Source: an uncultured bacterium | GTDB taxonomy: Bacteria > Lernaellota > Lernaellaia > Lernaellales > Lernaellaceae | Length of the DNA: 23,055 nt | Reading direction: 5' to 3' | NCBI GenBank assembly: GCA_964534375.1 | Contig: CAZHPN010000087.1 | Coordinates: forward strand, 1 to 23,055 | Shown here: piece after piece, positions 1 to 7,708 of the stretch | Layout of the letters: every line of letters begins with the position of its first letter | Position numbering within the stretch: position 1 is the stretch's first letter | Notes under the pieces: generated by a model | Databases searched by the model: none | The model's input: only the letters and a program-made list of their open reading frames with translations | Told to the model about the DNA's origin: nothing | Position numbers and translations under genes: made by a program

Positions 1-378
1 CATCGGCGCGGGCAGGGGACCACCGGCCGCCTGCTGCGAGCGATCGCCGCCGCGTGTTTCGCTCCCGCCGCATCGCCCGTGGGCGCGGGCCCGGCGGCGA
101 CGTTTGCGCGGCCCGGTTTCGCCGGCACGCTCGGCGCGATCCACCACGCCGACGGCCACATTTGCGCGCGGTGCAATCGGCTGCGGCTCACCGCCGACGG
201 CCGGCTTAAATCGTGCTTGTTCTCGGGCGACGCCGAAGATGTTTTTCCGTTGCTGCGCGGCGGCGCGCCCGACGCCGCCTTGCGCGAAGCCATCGCGCGG
301 GCCTGCGCCGCCAAGCCGCGCGGCGCCGACGAACCGCGCGCACCCGAAATGCGCGGGATGCGCGAGATCGGAGGATGA
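1..378 (+). CDS. moaA: GTP 3',8-cyclase MoaA, C-terminal fragment (5' end outside window)
   Basis: Frame open from base 1; [19 protein letters not shown] is the C-terminal CX2CX13C [4Fe-4S] motif; ends MREIGG* (conserved terminal GG); followed by moaC. Confidence 0.93.
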   Translation, partial: HRRGQGTTGRLLRAIAAACFAPAASPVGAGPAATFARPGFAGTLGAIHHADGHICARCNRLRLTADGRLKSCLFSGDAEDVFPLLRGGAPDAALREAIARACAAKPRGADEPRAPEMRGMREIGG

Positions 379-379
379 C

Positions 380-868
380 GTGGCCCGGTTGACGAAAAAG
401 AGCGAAGGCGACCGCGCGCAAATGGTCGATGTCTCCGGCAAGCAGCCAACGCTGCGCGAGGCCGTCGCGCAGGCCGAGGTGACGCTGAACGCGCGCACGC
501 TCGCGGCGACGCTGACCGGCGGGATCGCCAAGGGCGACCCGTACGCCGCGGCGCGGATCGCCGGCATCATGGCGGCGAAGCGCACGCCGGAGTTGATTCC
601 GCTTTGCCATCCGCTGCCGCTCGCGTCGGTGGCCATCGACTACGACATCGGCACGGCGCGGAACCCGGTTGTGCGCATCACCGCGCGCGTGCGGGCGTTC
701 GCGCCGACGGGCGTCGAGATGGAGGCGCTGACGGCCTCGACCGTCGCCGCCTTGACCATCTACGACATGTGCAAGCCGTTGATGAAGGACATCTCGATCG
801 GCAATATCCATTTGCTCGAAAAGACGGGAGGCAAGTCTGGCGACTATCATCGCCAATCCCGCGGGTAG
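380..868 (+). CDS. moaC: Cyclic pyranopterin monophosphate synthase MoaC
   Basis: [37 protein letters not shown] and [10 protein letters not shown] motifs; GTG at 380 with GGAGGA at 370-375. Confidence 0.95.
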   Translation: MARLTKKSEGDRAQMVDVSGKQPTLREAVAQAEVTLNARTLAATLTGGIAKGDPYAAARIAGIMAAKRTPELIPLCHPLPLASVAIDYDIGTARNPVVRITARVRAFAPTGVEMEALTASTVAALTIYDMCKPLMKDISIGNIHLLEKTGGKSGDYHRQSRG

Positions 869-1298
869 GCTGCGGTCGGTCAACGTCAGCCGCGCCAAGG
901 GCGAGCGCAAGACCCCCGTCGCGCGCGCCGTCTGCCGCGCCGACTACGGCATCGAGGGCGACGCCCACGCCGGCGCGTGGCCACGGCAAATCAGCCTGCT
1001 GGCCGAGGAAAGCGTCGCGAAAATCCGCGCGCGCGGTCTCGCGGTCGGGCCGGGCGACTTCGCCGAAAACCTGACGACCAGCGGCATCGATCTGCCGTCG
1101 TTGCCGCTCGGCGCGCGGCTGGCGATCGGCGCGGTGCGGCTGGAAGTGACGCAGATCGGCAAGGAATGCCATTTGCGCTGCGCGATCTACGAACAGGCCG
1201 GTGATTGCGTGATGCCGCGCGAAGGGATTTTCACCCGCGTGCTGCGCGGCGGCGAACTCGCGCCGGGCGCGGCGATCGAGGTGGTGCGTGACGAATGA
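837..1298 (+). CDS. MOSC domain-containing protein (start uncertain; CTG at 837 proposed)
   Basis: Frame open 786-1298 reads [12 protein letters not shown]...[17 protein letters not shown]...GDFAENLTT...[15 protein letters not shown]...[11 protein letters not shown], a typical short MOSC protein. The first ATG/GTG/TTG is at 1101, mid-domain. Confidence 0.85.
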   Translation: MATIIANPAGRLRSVNVSRAKGERKTPVARAVCRADYGIEGDAHAGAWPRQISLLAEESVAKIRARGLAVGPGDFAENLTTSGIDLPSLPLGARLAIGAVRLEVTQIGKECHLRCAIYEQAGDCVMPREGIFTRVLRGGELAPGAAIEVVRDE

Positions 1299-1806
1299 AA
1301 TGAAAGGCGCGTTCGCGGTCCTTACCGTCAGCGACAAAGGGTCGTGCGGCGAGCGCGAGGACACCAGCGGCCCGTATTTGTGCGAGGCGTTGCGGGCGCT
1401 CGGGCTGACGCAAGCGGCGTACGAAATTGTGGCCGACGACCGCGATTTCATCCGGCAGTGGCTGCTTTATTTTTGCGACGTAGCGCATGTGGCGCTCGTG
1501 CTGACGACCGGCGGCACGGGCTTTGCGCCGCGCGATATGACGCCCGAGGCGACGCTCGCCGTGATCGAACGGCCGGCGCCGGGCCTGGTCGAGGCGATGC
1601 GCGCCCGCAGCCTGGCGATCACGCCGCACGCCATGCTCTCGCGCGCCGCAGCAGGGATCCGCGGACGCACGCTGATCGTCAATCTGCCCGGCAGCCGCAA
1701 GGCGGTCGCGGAATGCCTGGACGTCTTGCGGCCGGCCCTGCCGCACGCGTTGGAGCTGCTCGCCGGCGCCGCCGGCGATTGCGGCGGGATGAGAGGGGAA
1801 TCTTGA
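1288..1806 (+). CDS. mog: Molybdopterin adenylyltransferase (MogA/MoaB family)
   Basis: VLTVSD, REDTSG, LTTGGTGFAPRDMTPEAT, AMLSR and NLPGS motifs; GAGGTG before GTG 1288 (alternative ATG at 1300). Confidence 0.92.
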   Translation: MTNEMKGAFAVLTVSDKGSCGEREDTSGPYLCEALRALGLTQAAYEIVADDRDFIRQWLLYFCDVAHVALVLTTGGTGFAPRDMTPEATLAVIERPAPGLVEAMRARSLAITPHAMLSRAAAGIRGRTLIVNLPGSRKAVAECLDVLRPALPHALELLAGAAGDCGGMRGES

Positions 1807-1848
1807 ACACAGAGGACAAAGAGGAAGGACACAGCGACCACAGAGGAG
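1807..1848 (+). repeat. Degenerate purine-rich ACAGAGGAC-type 9-mer repeat
   Basis: ACACAGAGGACAAAGAGGAAGGACACAGCGACCACAGAGGAG directly after the mog stop, in the convergent mog/tupC spacer. Confidence 0.55.
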
Positions 1849-1875
1849 TAGTTGGATTGGCGGACAAAGACCCTG

Positions 1876-2913
1876 TCAAATAGCCCGGACGCTGTGGATT
1901 TTGCACGTCAGCGTCACTTGTTGACCGAGGTCGAGGCCGAGTTCGCGGTATGAGGCGAGAGACAGCCGAGCGAGCAGCGGCAGGCCGGCGTCGACGGTCA
2001 GCGTCACCGACTCGCCGCGCAAATCCGCGCGCACCACGGCTCCGGACAGATGATTTCGCGCGCTGGAGTCGAACGGCGTGCGCGAAACAATCAACGCTTC
2101 GGGCGGCACGATGATTTTCGCCGGGCCCGGCGCGCCGGCCGCCATTTGCAGCCGGACGCCGCCGGGCAGCCGCGCGATCGTGCGGCCGTCCTCGACCGCG
2201 ATTTCGGCGGCGAAGACGTTCTCCGGCGTGAAGTCGATCACCGCGCCGTCGTGCAGCGAAATCACGCGATGAGCGAGGCGGTACGCCTGGTCGAGATCGT
2301 GCGTCGTGAACACCACTGCGCAGCCGCATTCGGCGTTGACCTGCAACACGAGGTCTTCGAGGGCGCGGCGATACGCCGAGTCGACATTGCCGGTCAGTTC
2401 GTCCAGCAGCAGCGCTTCCGGATCGGCGGCCATGGCCATTGCCAGCGCGGCGCGTTTTTTTTCGCCGCCGGAAATCTCACGGCCGTTGCGCCGTTCCAGC
2501 GGGGTCAGGCCGACAAACGCCAGCGCCCGCCGCGCGCGCGCCGCCGCTTCGGCGCGCGACGCGCCGCGGACCCGTGGGCCGAATGCGGCGTTGTGCAGCA
2601 GGTCGCGGCGGAAGAGGTACGGCTCTTGGAAAACGACGCCGAATCGCCGGCGCAACGCGAGCGCGGCGCGCGTTCCCGCGGCGGCCGTCTGGCCGAAAAA
2701 GCGGACTGCGCCGCGTTGCGGAAAGGCGAGGAACGCGAGCAGTTCCAGCAGCGTCGTCTTGCCGGCGCCGTTCTGGCCGACGATCGCATGAATCTTGCCC
2801 GCGGCGATCGTCAGGGCAGGAATGCGCAACGTGAAGCCCGCGGGTCGCGCAAATTCCACGTCGTCGAGGCGCCACGCCGCCTCGCGTCCGGGGACCGGCG
2901 GCGCCGCGTTCAC
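1876..2913 (-). CDS. tupC: Tungstate ABC transporter ATP-binding protein with C-terminal TOBE domain
   Basis: Walker A GQNGAGKTT, signature ISGGEKKR, Walker B LLLDE, H-loop TTHD, C-terminal SSARNHLSG TOBE region; GTG start overlaps the tupB stop (GTGA). Confidence 0.9.
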   Translation of the reverse strand: MNAAPPVPGREAAWRLDDVEFARPAGFTLRIPALTIAAGKIHAIVGQNGAGKTTLLELLAFLAFPQRGAVRFFGQTAAAGTRAALALRRRFGVVFQEPYLFRRDLLHNAAFGPRVRGASRAEAAARARRALAFVGLTPLERRNGREISGGEKKRAALAMAMAADPEALLLDELTGNVDSAYRRALEDLVLQVNAECGCAVVFTTHDLDQAYRLAHRVISLHDGAVIDFTPENVFAAEIAVEDGRTIARLPGGVRLQMAAGAPGPAKIIVPPEALIVSRTPFDSSARNHLSGAVVRADLRGESVTLTVDAGLPLLARLSLASYRELGLDLGQQVTLTCKIHSVRAI

Positions 2914-3605
2914 GCGGTCACCCGGCGCCGCGCGATTTGCAGCACGACGTTTACGCCCAACGCGACCAGCAACAGGATCAGGCCCAGGGCGATGCCGCGG
3001 GCGAATTCGCCTTTGCTGGTCTCCAGCGCGATCGCCGTGGGGATATTGCGCGTGTACCCCTGGATGTTGCCGCCGAGCATCATCGACACGCCGACTTCGG
3101 CGAACACGCGGCCGAAGCCCGCGGCCACCGCCGCGAGAATGCCGGCCTGGCTCTCGCGCAGCACGGCCGCCGCCGATTGCCAGCCGCCCGCGCCCAGCGC
3201 CAGCGCGGTCTGCCGCACGCGGGGATCGACGTCGCCGGCCGCGGCGAGGGTCAACGCGGCAACGATCGGCAGCGCCAGCAGGAATTGGCCCAGCACCATC
3301 GCCGTCGGCGTGTAGAGCAGCGCCAGCGGGCCGAACGGGCCGCGGCGGGACAGCAGCGAGTACATGAGCAGACCGATGACCACGGTCGGCATCGCCATCA
3401 GCGTATTGATCACGGCGATCGTCGCCTCGCGCCCGCGAAAACGGCCGATCGCGACGGCGAAGCCGAGCGGCGCGCCGACGACGGTCGCCAGGGCGGTGGA
3501 CGCGACGGCAATGCGGATGGATGTCCATGCGGTGGCGAACAACTCGGCGTCTCGGGCGGCCAGCAGCCGTAGCGCGTCGAGGAATCCGGAAGCGATGTAG
3601 TTCAT
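2910..3605 (-). CDS. tupB: Tungstate ABC transporter permease
   Basis: PTVVIGL, GPFG, LLYTPTAM, GFGRVFAEVG, MMLGGNI, TAIALET..GEF motifs typical of TupB; multiple hydrophobic helices. Confidence 0.92.
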   Translation of the reverse strand: MNYIASGFLDALRLLAARDAELFATAWTSIRIAVASTALATVVGAPLGFAVAIGRFRGREATIAVINTLMAMPTVVIGLLMYSLLSRRGPFGPLALLYTPTAMVLGQFLLALPIVAALTLAAAGDVDPRVRQTALALGAGGWQSAAAVLRESQAGILAAVAAGFGRVFAEVGVSMMLGGNIQGYTRNIPTAIALETSKGEFARGIALGLILLLVALGVNVVLQIARRRVTA

Positions 3606-3652
3606 GGATCAGTGCCCTTTTCGCACTTTGTGGTCGCCCGAAAAAAACATTA

Positions 3653-3697
3653 GACCCATAGGACATATAGGGCCTATAGGACCTATAGGTCTTATCG
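3653..3697. repeat. Five tandem 9-mers (consensus GACCTATAG), self-complementary
   Basis: GACCCATAG GACATATAG GGCCTATAG GACCTATAG GTCTTATCG; includes the perfect palindrome GACCTATAGGTC (3680-3691); lies between tupA and tupB. Confidence 0.85.
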
Positions 3698-3775
3698 GAG
3701 CCGCGACCGCGCAGCGACCATGATTCCCACGAGCGATTTGACTAACCCAACGCATCCGCGCAAAGCGAAGAGCCC

Positions 3776-4579
3776 TCACGGCGTCGCGTCGGGCGTGAAC
3801 AACGCCTTGCCGTTGATCTTGAAATCGCGCACAGCGCTTTGGCCTTCGGGCCCGGTCAGCCACTCGATGAATTGCATCGCGGCAGCGGCCCTCACGTGCG
3901 GGCGCCTTGCCGGGCTGACCGCGATGACGCCGTAGGAATTGAACAGCGCTTTGTCGCCGCCGAACAGTCTTTTCAACGCGAGTTGCGGGCCGAGCTTCGC
4001 GAACGTGGCGTCGTCGCTGAAGCAATACGCCTTTTTCTCGTCGGCGATGCGCAGCGTCGCGCCCATGCCCTGGCCGACGGCGAGCCGCCACTTGGCGTCG
4101 GGATTGACGCCGGCCGCCTTCCACAACTGTATTTCGCGCCGGTGCGTGCCCGAGTCGTCGCCGCGCGAGACGAACGCGGCGCCGGCCTTGACGATGCGCG
4201 CAAAGGCGTCGACCGCGCCGGCCGCTTCGCGCACCCGCGCCGGATCGTCCGCCGGGCCGACGATCACGAACTCGTTGTGCATCACGTCGCGCCGGACCGA
4301 ACCGAAGCCGTCTTTCATGAACGCGTCTTCCGCCGGGCGGTCGTGGACGAGCAGCACATCGACGTCGCCATTCTCGCCGAGCTTCAGCGCTTTTCCCGTG
4401 CCGACCGAGATGACGTCGACCTTGAGGCCGGTCTTGTGTTCGAATTGCGGCAGGATCGCGTCGAGCAGGCCGGTATCGACGGTGCTGGTCGTGGTCGCGA
4501 GCCGCAGGTGCACGGCGTCGGCCGCGAACGCCGTCGCCGCCAGTAAAAAAATCGCCGCCAACATCAAGATTCGGCGCAT
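3776..4579 (-). CDS. tupA: Tungstate ABC transporter substrate-binding protein
   Basis: Signal peptide MRRILMLAAIFLLAATAFA; TupA signature LATTTS, GTGKAL, SRGDDSGTH, GQGMG; GGAGGT RBS at 4584-4589. Confidence 0.93.
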   Translation of the reverse strand: MRRILMLAAIFLLAATAFAADAVHLRLATTTSTVDTGLLDAILPQFEHKTGLKVDVISVGTGKALKLGENGDVDVLLVHDRPAEDAFMKDGFGSVRRDVMHNEFVIVGPADDPARVREAAGAVDAFARIVKAGAAFVSRGDDSGTHRREIQLWKAAGVNPDAKWRLAVGQGMGATLRIADEKKAYCFSDDATFAKLGPQLALKRLFGGDKALFNSYGVIAVSPARRPHVRAAAAMQFIEWLTGPEGQSAVRDFKINGKALFTPDATP

Positions 4580-4650
4580 AATAACCTCCGTGAGAATCGA
4601 AGAATAAAAGATCGCGGATGACAAAGAAAGGACCAAAAATCCGGACCGCG

Positions 4651-5625
4651 ATGCCGCGCCGGCCGCGATTGGCGGCATGCGTCGCGCTGGCCGTCGTACT
4701 CGCCGCCGCGACCGCGTGCCGCAGCCGAAAAGCGCAACCCGGCGCCGCGTTTCCGCCGGCGCAAACCGCCGGCCCCGAGCGCGCCGCAACGCCCGCGGCC
4801 GGGGATCCGTGGGCGAAATTCCGGAGGGTCCCCACGGAATATATGGGCGACTTCGGCGATTTGCGAGCGTTGCTGCCGTTCTGGCCGCGGTTGCCGGAAC
4901 CGGGCCCCGACGATTGGCTGACGCACTTTCCCGAACATGCGCAGACTACGGCGAATTTGCTGGCGCGGGCGTCGGCGCGGGCGCGCGACCGCACGATGGG
5001 CGTGGCCATTCAGCCGATCTTGCCGCTCGACAGCGCGACGACCCGATCGCTCCGGCCGGCGGCGCGGTTCTTGGAGATCGTCTATCAATGCCCGGTTCGC
5101 GTGCGGCCGGCGATGGCAACCCCGGCGGCGTATTTCCGCAACCGGAAACAACTTGACGCCTCGCGGCTGCTGCAAATGCTCGGCACGTCGCGCCCCGCCG
5201 ACGTCTGGGGTTTCGCGGGCGTCACTGCGTTCGACCTCGGCATCGAGGAATTGAATTTCGTCTTCGGCTTGGGCGCGCCGGACACGGGCGTCAACGTAAC
5301 CTCGACTATGCGGCAGGCATCGCCGGACCCCGTTGTCGCGCGTCGCCGCATGCTGATGACGATGGCGCACGAGCTCGGTCACGCGCTGGGGCTGGCGCAT
5401 TGCATCGCCGGCTCGTGCCTGATGAACGGCTCGAATCATCTGGCGGAATCCGACGCCCAGCCCGCGCTGTTTTGCCCGCACTGCACCGCGAAACTTCGTG
5501 CGCTGCGCGGCATCGACCCGGCGCGCGTTTTTTGCGGCCTTGTGCAATTCTTCGAGGAACAAGGCCTGACGGCCGACCGCGATCTGGCGCGAAAGGCGTG
5601 CGAAGCGCTCAAGAACGGTGAATGA
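4651..5625 (+). CDS. Archaemetzincin-like (peptidase M54) zinc metalloprotease, probably exported/lipoprotein
   Basis: HELGHALGLAHC-x4-CLMNGSN...ESD...LFCPHC is the archaemetzincin Zn site plus Cys4 site; PGPDDWL..F.E..QT and LNFVFGL motifs; N-terminal basic+hydrophobic segment ending ATAC. Alternative ATG at 4618. Confidence 0.85.
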   Translation: MPRRPRLAACVALAVVLAAATACRSRKAQPGAAFPPAQTAGPERAATPAAGDPWAKFRRVPTEYMGDFGDLRALLPFWPRLPEPGPDDWLTHFPEHAQTTANLLARASARARDRTMGVAIQPILPLDSATTRSLRPAARFLEIVYQCPVRVRPAMATPAAYFRNRKQLDASRLLQMLGTSRPADVWGFAGVTAFDLGIEELNFVFGLGAPDTGVNVTSTMRQASPDPVVARRRMLMTMAHELGHALGLAHCIAGSCLMNGSNHLAESDAQPALFCPHCTAKLRALRGIDPARVFCGLVQFFEEQGLTADRDLARKACEALKNGE

Positions 5626-5629
5626 GGTT

Positions 5630-5692
5630 ATTGCGGATTGCGGGTTGCCGGACCCCGCACCCCGACTCCCGACTCCCGAATCCCGGATCCCG
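5630..5692 (+). repeat. Composite heptamer array: (ATTGCGG)-type x3 then (nnYCCCG) x6
   Basis: ATTGCGG ATTGCGG GTTGCCG GACCCCG CACCCCG ACTCCCG ACTCCCG AATCCCG GATCCCG, nine in-phase 7-mers filling the convergent peptidase/xseA spacer. Confidence 0.85.
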
Positions 5693-5695
5693 TTC

Positions 5696-7090
5696 TCACG
5701 TCTTCTCTTCCACCCTTGCCTTCAGCCCGCCCGCGTGCAGCCGTACGGCGAGCAGTTCGCCGACTTCCGTTTCCGCGGCGGCGCGCACAATACGGCCGTC
5801 GGCGCGTGCGACAATGGCGTAGCCGCGCTCGAGCACGGCGAACGGGTTGACGTCGCCCAGGCGGCCGGCGACCGCGCCGAAGCGCAGCCGCTGCTCGCGG
5901 ACCAACATCGAACCGGCCCGCGCCAGACGCGCGGCCAGCGGGGCGACGCGCTGTTTTTCGGCCAGCCGGGCGAGCAAGGCGCGATGCAGCCGCGGCACGG
6001 CGGCTTCGAGCCGGAGGCGGCGTTCGGCGAGCCGATTGCGCGGCGAGCGGGCCTCGAGCGTGCGCGCCAGCAGCGCCAAGCGATGACGGCGATCGGTCAG
6101 CAACCGGCGCAGGAACGCGGTCAGGCGCAGCCGCAACTCATCGAGCCGGCGGCCGGCGAGGGCGGTCGGCGCCGCTTCGCGGCGCAGGCGGGCGGCGGCG
6201 TGTTCGAGCCGGCGGCGCAACAGCGCGCGCTCGGCGTCGAGCGCGCGGCGGGCGCGATTGCGCAGCAAGACAACCTTGCGGCCGAGTTCCGCAACGTCGG
6301 GCACGACGAGTTGCGCGGCGTGCGTCGGCGTCGCGGCGCGCAGGTCGGCGGCGAGGTCGCAGAGGCTGACGTCGACCTCGTGGCCGACGCCGGAGATAAC
6401 GGGAACCGGGCACTCGACGACGGCGCGCACGACTTCTTCCTCGTTCCAGCACCACAAATCTTCCGGGCTGCCGCCGCCGCGGCCGACGATGATCACGTCG
6501 GGCGCGGCGTGCGCCGCGAGCAAACGGATCGCCCGTGCGATCGCCGGCGCCGCGCCGTCGCCCTGCACGAGCGTCGGCGCGATCACCACGCGCTGGCCCG
6601 GCCGCCGCGCGAGGATGATGCGCAGCATGTCGTGCAGCGCCGCGCCGGCCAGGCTCGTCACGATGCCGACGACCTGCGGCAGCGGGGGCAGGGGCCGCTT
6701 GCGCTCCTGCGCAAACCAGCCGCGCGCCGCGAGCCGCTGCTGCAATTCGAGATAGGCGGCATGCAGGGCGCCGACGCCAAGGGGTTCGAGGTAGTCGACG
6801 ACGATCTGGTATTCGCTGCGCGGGCCGTACGCGCTGACGTTGCCGCGCACCAGGAATTCCTTGTTTTCCACGGGCAGCGTCCGCAGATAGCGGCGAATGT
6901 GGCGGTAGAGCACGCAGCGGATGAGCGCCTGCCCGTCTTTCAGCGAGAAATAGACGTGGCCGCTGGCCGGCGTCGCGAGGGCGTTCACCTCGCCGCGCAC
7001 CTGCACATTGGAAAACGAATCTTCGAGACGGGTCTTGATGGCGGCGGCGAGTTCAACGACGGTCCAAACGCGACGGTGCGGCTCGCTCAC
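5696..7090 (-). CDS. xseA: Exodeoxyribonuclease VII large subunit
   Basis: V.VRGEV, SGHVYFSLKD, IVTS..GAALHD, VQG..A, GRGGGS.EDLWCWN, SGVGHEVD, ATPT.AA, VLERGYAIV; GTG overlaps the tlpA stop (GTGA). Confidence 0.95.
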   Translation of the reverse strand: MSEPHRRVWTVVELAAAIKTRLEDSFSNVQVRGEVNALATPASGHVYFSLKDGQALIRCVLYRHIRRYLRTLPVENKEFLVRGNVSAYGPRSEYQIVVDYLEPLGVGALHAAYLELQQRLAARGWFAQERKRPLPPLPQVVGIVTSLAGAALHDMLRIILARRPGQRVVIAPTLVQGDGAAPAIARAIRLLAAHAAPDVIIVGRGGGSPEDLWCWNEEEVVRAVVECPVPVISGVGHEVDVSLCDLAADLRAATPTHAAQLVVPDVAELGRKVVLLRNRARRALDAERALLRRRLEHAAARLRREAAPTALAGRRLDELRLRLTAFLRRLLTDRRHRLALLARTLEARSPRNRLAERRLRLEAAVPRLHRALLARLAEKQRVAPLAARLARAGSMLVREQRLRFGAVAGRLGDVNPFAVLERGYAIVARADGRIVRAAAETEVGELLAVRLHAGGLKARVEEKT

Positions 7091-7620
7091 GGCTTGGGCG
7101 TATCCTTTTCCGGCTTGGCCGCCTTCGCCGGCAACAGCTTCGTCAGATACTTCTCGATCGCCTCGGCCGTCGTTGGGCCGAGCCACGAGCCCACGAGCCG
7201 GCCATCGGGCGCGTAAAGAAACGTCGCGGGAACTGCGCGGACGTGAAAATCGTTGACGAGCTCGGGCGACGGGGCCGCGACCGGATAGATGATCTCGAAG
7301 CGCTTTACGAGCGCTTTCAAGGCTTCTTCGGTCATCTTCTCGTCCAGATTCATCGCCAGGATGTTCAACCCCGCGGCGGCGTACGTCGCGTGCAGGTAGT
7401 TGATCTGCGGCACCTCGGCGACGCACGGCAGACACCAACTCGCCCAAAACAACACCAACGTCGGATGGCCGATATTGCGATAAAGTTGAATCGGCTCCGG
7501 CGAGCCGAGCAGCTTGTACGTCGCCTGGCTGGAGCTGATGAACGGGAGACCGGCGTCCTGCGCGTAGACCGCGGCAGCGATCACGGCCAGCAGCAACGCG
7601 GCGATGAGGCTTTTCTTCAT
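7087..7620 (-). CDS. TlpA/ResA-family periplasmic thiol:disulfide oxidoreductase
   Basis: Signal peptide MKKSLIAALLLAVIAAAVYA; FWASWCLPCVAEVP active site; cis-Pro loop AVPATFL. Confidence 0.88.
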   Translation of the reverse strand: MKKSLIAALLLAVIAAAVYAQDAGLPFISSSQATYKLLGSPEPIQLYRNIGHPTLVLFWASWCLPCVAEVPQINYLHATYAAAGLNILAMNLDEKMTEEALKALVKRFEIIYPVAAPSPELVNDFHVRAVPATFLYAPDGRLVGSWLGPTTAEAIEKYLTKLLPAKAAKPEKDTPKP

Positions 7621-7675
7621 CTTTTCCCGGTCTCGCAATTTTTTGCTGTCGACGATGGCGGCGATTCCGCACCCA

Positions 7676-7703
7676 AGCTTAGAACGATCTGGCGATTTGT
7701 CCA
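7676..7703 (-). promoter_or_regulatory. Putative sigma70 promoter for tlpA-xseA
   Basis: Minus strand TGGACA-N16-TAAGCT, ~55 nt before the tlpA ATG. Confidence 0.4.
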
Positions 7704-7708
7704 GCGCA

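Noticed and set aside
1804..1875. Selenocysteine read-through at TGA stops (moaA, MOSC, mog, dsbD, tlpA)
   Set aside because: Each TGA falls at the expected C-terminus of its family, and the catalytic positions are ordinary Cys codons.
2914..3666. N-terminal 251 aa of the 596-aa ORF 1876-3666, suggesting a fused transporter
   Set aside because: Overlaps tupB in another frame; ATPase similarity starts at GTG 2913. The same applies to the extended xseA ORF (to 7672) and moaC ORF (from 104).
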